The position numbers were made by a program, and so were the translations under genes. Of a DNA stretch of 64,000 nucleotides, positions 27,184-38,200 are shown one piece after another; within the stretch, counting starts at the first letter, position 1; the number at the start of each line of letters is the position of its first letter. The stretch is from positions 480,001-544,000 of the forward strand of contig CAVSHR010000004.1 in NCBI GenBank assembly GCA_963727625.1, given 5' to 3'. A model generated the notes under the pieces. That model was not told the DNA's origin. It ran no database searches and worked only from the letters and a program-made list of their open reading frames with translations. Source of the DNA: an uncultured delta proteobacterium. Its GTDB lineage: Bacteria > Desulfobacterota > Binatia > UBA9968.

Positions 27184-27270
27184 AAGCCGTTTGCCGCCAG
27201 AAAACCTTGGCTGCTTTCTATCCTGGCGTGTTGGCGATGTAAAGCGAACGGCGAAAAATGCATTTTCAGC

Positions 27271-27299
27271 TTGACCAACGCGGTATTTTTTTTTACTGT
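27271..27299 (+). promoter_or_regulatory. Putative sigma70 promoter
   Basis: TTGACC-17 nt-TACTGT upstream of the substrate-binding protein gene. Confidence 0.45.
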
Positions 27300-27321
27300 C
27301 TGAAGCCACCGGGGGTAGTCG

Positions 27322-28314
27322 ATGAAAATTGTTTCGAGATTTCTTTTTGCTCTGTCGATTGGGCTGCTCTACAGCGCCACGCCTTTGTCCGCGGCTCAGC
27401 TGTTAACCAAGGTCATCATGACCACTGGGTCGTTCAGCGAACGCGAAGCGGCCATGTATGTGGCGCAGGATTATGGTTTTTTCCGCCGCCACGGTCTCGA
27501 ATTGACATTCGTTCAAGTGCGCAGCGGCCCCATCGGCATGGCCGCCCTCGCATCGGGCGAAAGCCAGTTTCATGAGGGCTCGGCTACGGGCGCCGTTCTC
27601 GGTTCCGCTGCTGAAGGAACCGATCTGGTTTTTGTCGCCGGCATGATCAACAAGCTCATCGGCAACATCATGGCTTCGCCGAAAATCAAAAGCCCCGCCG
27701 ATCTCAAGGGCAAAATGATCGGCGTTACCAGCGCCAGCGGCGGTAGCTGGATGTTTGTCACGCTGGCCCTCGAGTACTGGGGCTTGGACGCCAAACGCGA
27801 TGGCATCACCTTTCGTATTCTCGGCAACGAATCGGTGCGCAGCCAGGCGCTGGTGAACGACGCAATCGCGGCGACCCATCTCGGTTACACCTTTGCCGGC
27901 CCGCTCAAAGCCCGCGGCTTCACGAACCTTGCCGATCTCGCCCAACTCCCGATCCCGTTCCAGAGCACGGGAGTGATGACCACCAAGCGCTTCATTAACA
28001 CCTCGCCCGACGTGGTCGAAAACGTGCTGCGCGGCATCGTCGACTCGATGGCGTTTATCGCCCAGCCGGAAAACAAACCGGCGGTGCTCAAGAGTCTGGC
28101 CAAGGGGCTACGGCTGGCGAAGGTCGAGCAAGCAGTCGAAGGTTACGAAAGCCTCCCCAGACTCTACGAACGGCGGATCTTCCCCCGAGTCGACGGCATC
28201 CGCAACGTTATCCGGCTGCTCGGCGCCACCAACGAAAAAATTCGCAAGCTCAAAGCCGAAGACTTGGTCGATGAACGGTTCGTCAGGAAATTGGAGAAGG
28301 AAGGAAAGTTCTAA
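27322..28314 (+). CDS. ABC transporter substrate-binding protein (NMT1/SsuA/TauA-like), orphan
   Basis: Signal peptide, YVAQDYGFFRRHGLE, ALASGE and DLKGKMIGV motifs. Confidence 0.85.
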   Translation: MKIVSRFLFALSIGLLYSATPLSAAQLLTKVIMTTGSFSEREAAMYVAQDYGFFRRHGLELTFVQVRSGPIGMAALASGESQFHEGSATGAVLGSAAEGTDLVFVAGMINKLIGNIMASPKIKSPADLKGKMIGVTSASGGSWMFVTLALEYWGLDAKRDGITFRILGNESVRSQALVNDAIAATHLGYTFAGPLKARGFTNLADLAQLPIPFQSTGVMTTKRFINTSPDVVENVLRGIVDSMAFIAQPENKPAVLKSLAKGLRLAKVEQAVEGYESLPRLYERRIFPRVDGIRNVIRLLGATNEKIRKLKAEDLVDERFVRKLEKEGKF

Positions 28315-28356
28315 AAATCGGCAGCCGGTATTTCACCCGTCGCAAAGCTGGAATGG

Positions 28357-29082
28357 TTACGGCATCTCTTCCAGGAGCATGCCGAAGCCCGGCACCGGCT
28401 GCCGCACGTGCAGCCGTTTTTCCACCGCCCAGACCCGCGCCGGCACGGCGTGCACGACCGGAACTTGCAAATCCTCTTCGAGCAAATGAATGATGTCGAG
28501 GCAACGCCAGCCCGTGCCGAGCATGTAAATGCCATCGGCACCTGGATGTTTCAGAAATGCCCTGCGAGTATGCGCGTAAATCTCCGTTGACGCCAGGCGG
28601 CCGACGTCGGCAAAGGCGACTTCCATTCCCTCCATCGCCAGAACGTCGAAGCCCGCCCCTTGAAAATAACGAGCAAACATATCGTTGATGCTGCCGGTAA
28701 AATAAGTCACGCCGACGAATTTTTTAATGCCCAGTGCACGCAACGCCTCGACCTGCGTCTGTGCCGCGGTGACAATGGGCGTTTTAAATTCGCCTTCCCA
28801 TTCCTTGACGATCTTTGCTTCGCCGTCAAAGCCGTGGACCATGAACGGTGGCGCGCCCTCGGGATGGATCAGATCGACGCCCTCTTTGGCTAGCTCCTCA
28901 ACCTTTCCATGCACCGCATCGAGCGCGGCACGAAACTCGTCTTCAGTACCGCGTTGAAAATTTAGATAGACCGGCACCACGCCGATGCCTTCCGGCAAGA
29001 GACGGATAAATTCTTCCAGCGATCCCGGCCGGTGCGTCGGCTTAACCACGCCGACTACGCCGCGCCAACTTGTGAATACCAC
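28357..29082 (-). CDS. Asp/Glu racemase superfamily protein (maleate isomerase/arylmalonate decarboxylase-like)
   Basis: ALRALGIKK..GVTY, GFDV, ADGIYM and LEEDLQVPVV motifs. Confidence 0.75.
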   Translation of the reverse strand: MVFTSWRGVVGVVKPTHRPGSLEEFIRLLPEGIGVVPVYLNFQRGTEDEFRAALDAVHGKVEELAKEGVDLIHPEGAPPFMVHGFDGEAKIVKEWEGEFKTPIVTAAQTQVEALRALGIKKFVGVTYFTGSINDMFARYFQGAGFDVLAMEGMEVAFADVGRLASTEIYAHTRRAFLKHPGADGIYMLGTGWRCLDIIHLLEEDLQVPVVHAVPARVWAVEKRLHVRQPVPGFGMLLEEMP

Positions 29083-29106
29083 GTCGAACTCCTTTAAAAC
29101 GATGAC

Positions 29107-30579
29107 CTACCCTTTAAAGACTTTAGGGAACTTGGCCTTGAGCTCGGCTCGCACCTTCTCCGACACCTCGACGACTTTGGGAAACTCGCCGCGCAGCTTG
29201 CGATTGTACGGCTGGCAGGCGTCGATCAAAATTCTGTTATTAAAATTTCCCGGCAAAAACATTGGATCGCGTCCCGACGACCACGCCTTCTGAACCAGAT
29301 CGATATCGGTCATCGGATCGAAGCGCGTGCCCATGGCCCACAGCACCTGATCGATATCCGAGCAATCGACATCGTCGTCGACCACCACGGTCCATTTGCC
29401 GTTGTAGGCGCCGGCCATACAGTTGGACGCGACGTGCAACACATTGCGCGCATGGCCGGGATAGCGCTGGCGAATTTGGATCGCTGTAAAGCGCGTTGCC
29501 GGTGCGCCCTCGTGATTCCACACGCCGAGGATATCGGGTAGGCCGCAACCCTCCAGCGCGTTCCAGATTTCCGCCGCACCGGCGATACCCTTGAGCAAGC
29601 CGGTCTCGTCCACCGGTTTATGCTGCGGCGCGCAGGTCAGAATCGGATTATTGCGGTACATAACCGTCTTCACGTTAAGATAGGGCCGCGGCACCACGTC
29701 GTCGGAATAATAGCCCATCCACTCGCCAAACGGCCCTTCCGGTTTGCTCTGTCCCGGCACGGCTTCGCCTTCGATGACGATCTCGGCGTCGGCAGGAATC
29801 GGAAAACCGGTAAACGGCCCCTTTACGACTTCGACCGGTTCGCCGCGAATGCCGCCGGCAAAGTCATACTCTGAAACCCCGGATGGCAGCGGGCTGGCCG
29901 AAAGCATGTAAAGCAGCGGATCTTGGCCGCAGACGATGGCAAACTTACAGGTCTGGCCGCGCTCAAAATATTTGTCGCGGTGAATTCGGCCATGCTTGCC
30001 CTCGGTGATCTGACAGCCGATGGTTTTTGGGTCGTAAACCTCGCAGCGGTAGGCGCCGAAGTTGTACCACTCGGCGTCGGGATCTTTGGTGATACACATG
30101 TCCGCCGTGCCGATGTAGCGGTGGGTATCGGCTTGATGATGGATCGGCACCGGCAATTTCAGCACGTCGACTTTGTCGCCCTCCAAGACGTTCTCGAAAA
30201 TCGGCCCGGTCTTAACCATCCTCGGCTTGATCAGCTTCATGTCGGTCATGACATGATGGTAAGCCTTGACGATATCGGCTTTGTGTTCGTACTCAAGCGG
30301 CAAACCAAGCGTGAGCGCGACGCGCTTGATCGTCGAAAACTGACCGTAGAACGTTCGGTAGCCCTTCGGATAGCCTGGTACTTCATCGAAAAGAATTGCC
30401 GGCGCTTTGCCCTTGCCACCTTCGGTGAGCATCTGCGTGATTGCGCCCATCTCGCGGTCCCAGTGCGCCCCCTTGACCTTGAGCAGCTCGCCCATTTTCT
30501 CCACTTGGTCGATCCAATCGCGCAAACCGCGGTAGGTGACCGTGCCTTGTGAAGTGCCAATTCGTTCCGGGCGTGCCAT
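29107..30579 (-). CDS. UbiD family decarboxylase
   Basis: PAILFDEVPGY, RYIGTA, GAYR, PADAEIVIEG, EGPFGEWMGYY, VVDDDVD and LWAMGTR motifs. Confidence 0.92.
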   Translation of the reverse strand: MARPERIGTSQGTVTYRGLRDWIDQVEKMGELLKVKGAHWDREMGAITQMLTEGGKGKAPAILFDEVPGYPKGYRTFYGQFSTIKRVALTLGLPLEYEHKADIVKAYHHVMTDMKLIKPRMVKTGPIFENVLEGDKVDVLKLPVPIHHQADTHRYIGTADMCITKDPDAEWYNFGAYRCEVYDPKTIGCQITEGKHGRIHRDKYFERGQTCKFAIVCGQDPLLYMLSASPLPSGVSEYDFAGGIRGEPVEVVKGPFTGFPIPADAEIVIEGEAVPGQSKPEGPFGEWMGYYSDDVVPRPYLNVKTVMYRNNPILTCAPQHKPVDETGLLKGIAGAAEIWNALEGCGLPDILGVWNHEGAPATRFTAIQIRQRYPGHARNVLHVASNCMAGAYNGKWTVVVDDDVDCSDIDQVLWAMGTRFDPMTDIDLVQKAWSSGRDPMFLPGNFNNRILIDACQPYNRKLRGEFPKVVEVSEKVRAELKAKFPKVFKG

Positions 30580-30619
30580 GAATTCCTCCGTAAAAACAGT
30601 GCAATACAACGAACAGCTT

Positions 30620-30648
30620 ACCTTACGTTCGATGCCCGGGGATGTCAA
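30620..30648 (-). promoter_or_regulatory. Putative sigma70 promoter
   Basis: TTGACA-17 nt-TAAGGT upstream of the second ubiD. Confidence 0.5.
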
Positions 30649-30760
30649 GAAAGAGTCGCCGCGCGGCTCTTGTCGCCCGGCATGGGTTAATGCTATGACC
30701 CCAATCAGCCTGCAGCTTGATCTTTCATCTTCGCACCAATACGCGATCGGTGAGGGTTCG

Positions 30761-31240
30761 ATGACAGCAAGAAAGACTTACGATCAGCAATTACGCACGA
30801 TCGGCCAATCGCTCGAAGCACAACGCATCAACGTATTCGAGCTCAGCAACCAAGGGGATGTTTACGTGATCAAGGGCGAGCCGGATCAGGAAACTTCACT
30901 GCTTGCCACGTTGAAAAGATGGCAGGGGCGAATGCGGCGTGAGGGAGTCGCGTCTTCGTTGACATTCACTTGTACCGACATCGAAGAACTGGATCGGCAA
31001 GGGCGAGCGAATCGAGCAAAAACCAACCGCCTCCCCGACTTCCACAGCCTGCCAAATACATTGAGAACAGTAGGATCCTACGTGGAGTCCAAAGAGGGGG
31101 AACTTATCGAACTGCGAAAACGTCAACTCAGCGTCTTGATCCTCACGCGCAGCAAATTCGGCCATCCAGAGTTCGAAGAGAAAAGTCTCGGTTCGTTTTA
31201 CGATCTTTTTCTCCGCTTGCACGATAAACGAGGCAAGTGA
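30761..31240 (+). CDS. Hypothetical protein with an internal duplication
   Basis: GAGGG RBS; two related segments, QLRTIGQSLE and TLRTVGSYVE. Confidence 0.65.
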   Translation: MTARKTYDQQLRTIGQSLEAQRINVFELSNQGDVYVIKGEPDQETSLLATLKRWQGRMRREGVASSLTFTCTDIEELDRQGRANRAKTNRLPDFHSLPNTLRTVGSYVESKEGELIELRKRQLSVLILTRSKFGHPEFEEKSLGSFYDLFLRLHDKRGK

Positions 31241-31389
31241 GCAACTAGGATTGAAATTGCTCGACCGTTGAAAAAACTGCTATCTCGGAGATCGTTCCAG
31301 CGACCAGAAACTTAGCCGGAGAACGACTCCACAGGCACCTCCCCGCAGTATCATTCGCTCATCGCGCGCGTTCTCAAACGCAGCTAGGC

Positions 31390-31992
31390 CTAACCCGCCT
31401 TTTCCCTAAGCATCTTCTTCAAATTTTCGAAAGACGATTTCGAGATGACGCGGTCGAACTGAGAGCGGTAGTTGTTGACGATGCTGATGTTTTCGACCAC
31501 CGCGTCGTAGACTTTCCATTTTTCATCGGTGTGCCTGAGCCGATAGACGATGGAACTCTCCTCACCCTTGGCGTTAATCACCGTCGATTCCACCTGGGCG
31601 TAATCCTGATCGATCGTCTCGCGTCCGAAAGTCACCTTCTCGCCATCATAGACATCGACTCGATCGGAATAAATCTTTTCTAAGAATGCGCGAAACAGCG
31701 TGGTAAATTCTTCCTGCTCTTCCGGGCTGCGCCGGCGCCAGTGCCGCCCCAGCGAGCGGCGCGCCATTTCCTTGTAATCGAAAATCGGATTGATGATTTC
31801 TTTCAAGCGCTCGATGCGCTCTTTCTTTTGATCCAGCCCTTTTAATTTAAGATCGCGCAGAACCGCGATCGCTGCTTCCGCCGCGGTCTTGACGAGGTTG
31901 AGCGGTTCTCCGGCTTGGGCCGCACCGACTCCGGCGAAACAAAGTGCCGTGAAAAGTAAAATCAACGATTGGGTCGATCTAGACAACTTCAT
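31390..31992 (-). CDS. mlaC: MlaC/Ttg2D family phospholipid-binding protein
   Basis: Signal peptide, FDYKEMARRSLGRHW and WKVYDAVVENISIVNNYRSQF motifs. Confidence 0.88.
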   Translation of the reverse strand: MKLSRSTQSLILLFTALCFAGVGAAQAGEPLNLVKTAAEAAIAVLRDLKLKGLDQKKERIERLKEIINPIFDYKEMARRSLGRHWRRRSPEEQEEFTTLFRAFLEKIYSDRVDVYDGEKVTFGRETIDQDYAQVESTVINAKGEESSIVYRLRHTDEKWKVYDAVVENISIVNNYRSQFDRVISKSSFENLKKMLREKAG

Positions 31993-32025
31993 AACCTCAC
32001 CTCGATTGGGGACTTTTTGGATCAC

Positions 32026-32386
32026 TTAACCCAACCACAGAAATAGCCAAAGCATCGGCGCTAGGACTATCGCGCAAAAGACCGCGACGGAGCCGAGATC
32101 TTCGGCGCGGCCGGATAGCTCGTGGCGCTCGCTACCGATTCGGTCGACGACCGTTTCGATCGCTGAATTGACGAGCTCGGCAATGATGACCAAAAGCCAA
32201 CTCGCGATCAGCAGTGCCCTTTCGAAAGCTTTTTCCCGCCAACCACGATAACGGGATCAGGACCAGAAGAATATAAATTTCGTAGCGCAAGGCCGCTTGA
32301 ATGCGCCATGATTGACCGAGACCGATGCAGGAATATCGGGTCGCGTTGACGACTCGCCGCAGCGGCCCCGGCTCAACCATGCGCAT
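32026..32386 (-). pseudogene. dgkA: Diacylglycerol kinase, frameshifted
   Basis: The N-half RVVNATRYS..GL...AALRYE shifts frame at about 32225 to ERALLIASWLLVIIAELVNSAIETVVDRIGSERHELSGRAEDLGS. Confidence 0.85.
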
Positions 32387-32433
32387 ACAACAAGAAAATG
32401 TCCGTTTCCCTCAAGCGCCATCCGTCGTTTGGC

Positions 32434-34656
32434 CTATTTCCCCTTGAGCGCGTTTAAAACTTTTTCCGCCGTGATCGGCAGCGATTTGATCCGCACGCCG
32501 ACGGCGTCTTCCACGGCATTGGCGATCGCCGCTGCGGTCGGAATCAGCGCGGTCTCACCGATGCTCATGCTGTTGTACGGCCCGCTGCCGAAATCGGACT
32601 GTAGGATGGCGGTCTGAAGCTCGGGAATATCTTGAATGTTGGGAATCTTGTATTCGCCGAGGTTGGTCGCGAGCACCTTGCCGCTCTCGTCGTAGCCGAG
32701 GTTCTCGATCGTCCCATAACCCATCCCCATGATCACGCCGCCGTCGATCTGTCCCTGGTGCGTCAACGGATTCAAAATCGTTCCGGTGTTATGCGCGGTA
32801 GTCAGTTGGATCACGCGCACTTCGCCGGTTTCGGCATCGACTTCGACTTCGGCGACCTGGGCCACCAGCGAAGCCTCCGGTCCATCGGCCATATTGACGT
32901 AATGCCCTTCGGCCGTCAGCGGGCTGCCGTGCGCGCGCACGATCTCGCCGTAGGTCATGCGCCGCTCGGCTCGTCCATGGGTCACCCCGCCGTCATAGAC
33001 GATCAATTCGTCGGGCGACGCCTCCATCAATTGCCCTGCCACTCGGAGGATCTCTTCGCGCAGTTTGCGCGACGCATCTAACGCCGCTGTGCCGTGCACC
33101 CGCGTGCTGCTGCTGCCGCGCACGCCGGTGTCCTTTACGACTTTGGACGAATCGAGCATTTCCACTTCAATCGCATCCAAAGGCACCTTGAGCTCCTCGC
33201 CGACAACCTGGCGCATCATGGTAAAAACTCCCGGTCCGGTATCGGTCACCGCGGAGGAGAGCATCACGACGCCGTCAGCATCAACTCGCAACCGCACATA
33301 GGATTCACCGCCTTTGGAAACCCAATCGGCTACAGCGCAGCCGCGGCCGATATTTTTTCCCTTGGCGCGTTCGTAGCCGGATTCGTTCAACGCCTTCGAC
33401 AGCGTCTCGGTGGCTTTGACGTGGGGAATCACTTCGCCCAGCGGCGCGGTATCGCCATCGTGCATTAAATTCATCCGGCGAAACTCCGTCGGTGCGATGC
33501 CCAGCCGGCGCGCTACTAGATCGGCCTGGCTCTCACAGGCGAACATCGCCTGTAAATGGCCGGGGGCGCGCATATAGCCGCAAGGCATTTTGTTGGTGTA
33601 GACGTAAATCTCTTCGACCAGGCAATTGGGCACCCGATAGGGGCCCGGCGCATCGTGCGCGCCGACCAAATAGCCCTGCGGCCGGTAGGCACCATAAGCG
33701 CCGCTGTCGAAGATAAACCGCACATGCTGGGCGATCAATATGCCGTTTTTCTTCACTCCGGTCTTGACCGTGATCACCGCGCCATGGCGCGGATTGCCGG
33801 CAACCAGTTCTTCGGCGTAATCGATCAGCAGTTTGACCGGCCGGCCGCTTTTCTGCGCCAGCGCGTAACATAGCGCGACATCGTTGCCGTCTCCCTTGCC
33901 GCCGAAATCTCCGCCGACGTAACAGGGCCGAATGATCAAGCTCGCCGGCGATATTCCCAGCGCGCTTCCGACCTGGTCGCGCAAGGCGAACGGGCTCTTG
34001 TTCGATGACCAGATTTCCGCCGTGCCGTCGGCGTTGATGCGCACCAGGGAGCAATGCGGTTCGATGTAGGCTTGGTGCACTGCCGGCACGGTGAAAGTGT
34101 TTTCAAGCACCACGTCGGATTGGCGAAAGCCTGCTTCGACTTCGCCTTTCTTCCAGTTAAGCCGCACAAAGGCGTTGCTCGGCGTCTCGATTTTGTGCAG
34201 CAGACCTTTGTATTCTGCGAGATTGGGGTGGAGTAGCGGCGCCTCCGGGGCGAGTGCCTCGAGCGCATCAATGAGGACCGGCAGCTCTTCATACTCGACG
34301 TCGATTAGATTCACCGCAGCGTCGGCGACGGCTTCGCTCTCGGCCGCCACGGCGGCCACCTTTTCACCGGCGTAGCGCACCACCCCGTCAGCCAACAACG
34401 GCATATCAACGATTTTTTTACCGATACGGGCGCCAGCCAGGTCGGCGCCGGTCAAGACCACTTTTACACCCGGCAACGCCAGCGCTTTGGACACATCGAC
34501 ACTCTTGATTCGGCCATGAGTGATGGGACTGCGCAAGACTTTCGTCCACATCATGTCCGGTAACACGACATCCGACGCATACAACGCGCCGCCGCCGACT
34601 TTTTGTTCCCCTTCGACTCTCGGACTGGGTATACCGACGCTGCGGATCTCGTTCAT
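32434..34656 (-). CDS. Xanthine dehydrogenase family molybdopterin-binding subunit
   Basis: LRSPITHGRI, HQAYIEPH, VGGDFGGKG, MRAPG, QVAEVEVD.ETG, GQIDGG and IGE...IPTAAAIANAV motifs. Confidence 0.92.
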   Translation of the reverse strand: MNEIRSVGIPSPRVEGEQKVGGGALYASDVVLPDMMWTKVLRSPITHGRIKSVDVSKALALPGVKVVLTGADLAGARIGKKIVDMPLLADGVVRYAGEKVAAVAAESEAVADAAVNLIDVEYEELPVLIDALEALAPEAPLLHPNLAEYKGLLHKIETPSNAFVRLNWKKGEVEAGFRQSDVVLENTFTVPAVHQAYIEPHCSLVRINADGTAEIWSSNKSPFALRDQVGSALGISPASLIIRPCYVGGDFGGKGDGNDVALCYALAQKSGRPVKLLIDYAEELVAGNPRHGAVITVKTGVKKNGILIAQHVRFIFDSGAYGAYRPQGYLVGAHDAPGPYRVPNCLVEEIYVYTNKMPCGYMRAPGHLQAMFACESQADLVARRLGIAPTEFRRMNLMHDGDTAPLGEVIPHVKATETLSKALNESGYERAKGKNIGRGCAVADWVSKGGESYVRLRVDADGVVMLSSAVTDTGPGVFTMMRQVVGEELKVPLDAIEVEMLDSSKVVKDTGVRGSSSTRVHGTAALDASRKLREEILRVAGQLMEASPDELIVYDGGVTHGRAERRMTYGEIVRAHGSPLTAEGHYVNMADGPEASLVAQVAEVEVDAETGEVRVIQLTTAHNTGTILNPLTHQGQIDGGVIMGMGYGTIENLGYDESGKVLATNLGEYKIPNIQDIPELQTAILQSDFGSGPYNSMSIGETALIPTAAAIANAVEDAVGVRIKSLPITAEKVLNALKGK

Positions 34657-34843
34657 AGAAAATCACCTCGTTATGCTATTCCGACATGCTAATTAAAACT
34701 ATTCTTATTACAATTCTAAGAGCCTTGAGTTGTTACGAATTTGCGGCGCAACTTCCGCAACGCTTGTTTTCGAAACTCAACTATGATTTGAGGTAGTTAC
34801 AACAACCCAACATTCGTCGCAAGAGTAATTAAGGAGGAATCTC

Positions 34844-35131
34844 GTGGATGATGTAAAGAGCCAGATGGAAGGCGTTACGCGCATATACCTCGAATTAGAT
34901 AATAAAATTTCCGACAAGGGCGGCGTGCAGAACCTGTTCGGCATGAACCGGAAAATCCGCCAGGCCCTGGAATCCATTACAATCGGCGAGCTAGACTCCA
35001 TGCTCGCAGAAATTCATCGTGCTAAAGAAGGTTTAACGCGATTACAGGAAGATGTTGTTGAGATCCGGGTCTTAAAAGAAGTCCTGACCACACCGATTTC
35101 CAAACAGGCCAACGGTCAAGCCCGAATATAA
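34844..35131 (+). CDS. Small hypothetical coiled-coil protein
   Basis: Strong AAGGAGG RBS before a GTG start; 95 aa, amphipathic helical pattern. Confidence 0.65.
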   Translation: MDDVKSQMEGVTRIYLELDNKISDKGGVQNLFGMNRKIRQALESITIGELDSMLAEIHRAKEGLTRLQEDVVEIRVLKEVLTTPISKQANGQARI

Positions 35132-35262
35132 AATAACGTCGCAGCTCGGGACCAAAACTCTGTAGTCCTGCCGGTCAGGCCGGTGAACCGGTGTTATCTG
35201 ATGGACTCAGGGATCATTCCTGATCGCTGCAAGCGGCAGTCGGTTGCCCTTCTATAAGCCTG

Positions 35263-38200
35263 CTAGACTTTGACCGGCGCTCGCGTTAATTGAAGCCGGC
35301 TCAACACTTCGCCGAGTAATCCGACGCCCACCACTGCGCCGCATTCATAGGCGATGACTTGGTTCGAGTACGGCGACAGGCGGCTCCCCGGGGCAATGAT
35401 GCCGAGCAAGTTCAGCGGGTCGGCCGCGCCAATCATAGCCACGCCGGCACTCTCAGGCCTGCGTTTCATTTCGCGCAACGCGTCGACGGCCTCGGCCAAA
35501 GCAAACTGCTCGCCGACAAAGCCGCTAACGAAGCGGCCGCCGCGAATCTCGCCGCGCGCCTCTAAACGACGGTACACCGACAGCAAGTTACGCCAAGGCG
35601 GCATGATCGCTTCGCGCGCGAGCAAATCGCGAAATACGATGCCGTAGCGTCGCAGCAACTGGCGCGCTCGCCGTTCTAAAACCGCTTCGATGCTCAGAGC
35701 TTCCCCGGTTCGATTGTGACGCCAAAGTGACCAGCGCCCCACTGGCATGGATCGCTCGTCGCTCCGGCCTCCGGAAATCACACGCAGGCTGCGCCGCCGC
35801 TCGGTTTTTCTGTGATCCGGCGTTAAGAGAACGCGCAGACCCGCAACCCCGTCGCCGGTGGCTAGTCCATGGGCCACCAGTTGCCAAAGCGCCTCTTCGA
35901 CCTTAACTTTCAAAAGCCCCGTGCCATGTGCAATATCATTCAGGAATGATGCGCCATAGTGTTCGAGATAGGCGCCCACCTCGACGGCCATCGCCGAAAG
36001 TGCACCGATCTGGTCGAAGGGTCGATTCGTTGATTCTAGGAAGCTGTCGAGATCCTCGCGCATGACAAAGGAGATCGGTGCATTGCGGGCCGGCGCCAGC
36101 AAGCGTTTGGACCTCCGCCCTGTTCTCCCTTGTTGTGACAGGTTTCCGAGTTCGCAAAGACCGGCCTGCAAACGACCCCACGCGACTACGCCAGCCAGAC
36201 AAAGATGCTCGAGATCCGCGGGATCGTAACGACCGATTCGCGCCGGCAATATCTGCTGCTCCCAGGCGGGCGCAGGCAGCTCCAGGCCTTGCAGCTCTTG
36301 AATCACCCGCAAGATGCCCTCGCGCCCGTGCAATTGCGTGCCAGGCGCGACATGTTGCCAAGCCAAGAGAAAGTTCACGAAATCGGTCGCGGAAACCGGC
36401 TCAATTTCTTTGCGCATGCGTCCCAGGGTCAGCCGGTGAATGCGCGCGAGCAAGACGCGATCGCACCATTCGCTTTCGCTCTCGGATCGCCCTACGGTGA
36501 ATTGGCCGCGTAAAACCACTCCCGCGCTTTCCAAAACGATGAGCGCCGCGTCGATTTTTCCTTTTGAAATTCCTAGACGAGCCGCCAACGCCGTCGCCGC
36601 AACCGGCCCGCAGACTTCGAGCCAACCTTGAACGATTTTTCCCAAAGCCCCTTCCGGTGACCGAGCGTTTTCACAAAACCCCAGCGGCAGTTCCACCGGC
36701 GGAATCAAATTTACCGCGCCGAGCGCCAGACGAATCAAATCGGCGCGCTCGGCGGCAACGTACGCACGCCGCTCCGTACCGTCAAACTCCCAAGCCGTGA
36801 TGCAGGCGCGACCGCTCGCAATCAATGTCTCAGCGAACAAGTGCCAATCCGGTCGATCATTGACCGGCAATAGACAAACACCCAACAAAAGGTCATGGAG
36901 CTCATCGGCGTTACGCGCTTCCGGCCAAGCCTGCTTGCGCACTTCGTCGATGGCGGCCGGGTCGAGCTGGCCGAATTCCCGGCCGATCCAAGGATCGACC
37001 CGCCGCAGCGACACGGCGCGCGCGCGCCGCTCTTCCAGCGGCGCATCGTCTAAAAATGCGTAGGGATTGGCGTTGAGAATCTCATGGGCCATGGGCGAAG
37101 GCGCCGGGGTATCGACCGCGAGAGTATCGATGGCACCAGTTTCGATGCGCTGGAGAATTTCGGCCAAGCCGTCCATGTCCATGGCTTCGTGTAAACAGTC
37201 GCCCATGGTTTCTCTGACCAGCGGATGATCGGGCAAATCCACCGGACCGCTGCGGTTGTCCTGGCACATCACCTGCTCGGGAAACACCGCAGCCAGCAGA
37301 TCTTCTGCGCGCATTCGCTGCAGCGCCACGGGAACTTTTCGCCCGCCGCTGTGGCGCATCACCGCCAGCGCTCGGGTAGCGTTCCAGCGCCAGCGGTTGG
37401 TAAACATCGGCGCCGCCAGAGCGGCTTGGGTCAAGTTGTATTCGAGAGTCGCGGGCCGAAGCATCGAGAAAACATCGGTCAACGGAAAGGAATGTTGCTC
37501 GACCAGCGAAATGCAGATGCCGTCGTCGGTCGCCGCCGCTTGCAATTCGCGGTCAAAGCTCACACAAAAGCGTTTGCGCAACGCTAGACCCCAAGCACGG
37601 TTGATCCGCCCGCCCCAAGGTGAATGGAGAATCAGTTGCATGCCGCCGGCCTCGTCGAAAAAACGCTCGGCGATCACTTTATCCTGCGCCGGCACAGTGC
37701 CGAGAGCTTGCACTGTGTCGGCGATGTAATTGACGATCTGTTCGGCCGCGCTCTGCGGCATGGCGACTTGGTCCATGAGCCACTGCGCTGCGCCCGGGCG
37801 ATCCGGCAGTTTCGCGGCGACGGCTTGGCGCAGATCGCTAACTGCCATGGACAACTCCAGGGTGCGCCCTGGCCCCTCGCCCATCCAAAAAGGAATGCTC
37901 GGGGGTAAACCTTGGGCGTCCTCGACCCAGACTTTGCCGGAGCCGACGCGACGAATTCTCCAGGAGCGATTGCCGAGAAGAAAGATATCGCCGGCCAAGC
38001 TCTCGATCGCGAAGTCCTCATTGACCGTGCCGACGAAGGTCTCACTGGGAAACTCCACCACGCTGTAATCGGCGGTATCGGGGATGGCGCCACCGTTGGT
38101 AATCGCGGTCAAGCGCGCGCCGCGCCGTGGCCGCAGCATGCCGTGGATGCGGTCGCGATGAATGTAGGCGCTGCGCCGGCTACGCCAGGTCTGGACTCCC

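Noticed and set aside
35135-35260. Possible ncRNA between convergent genes
   Set aside because: Only short hairpins such as CCGGTGAACCGG are present, with no match to SRP, 6S or tmRNA features that I can recognise.
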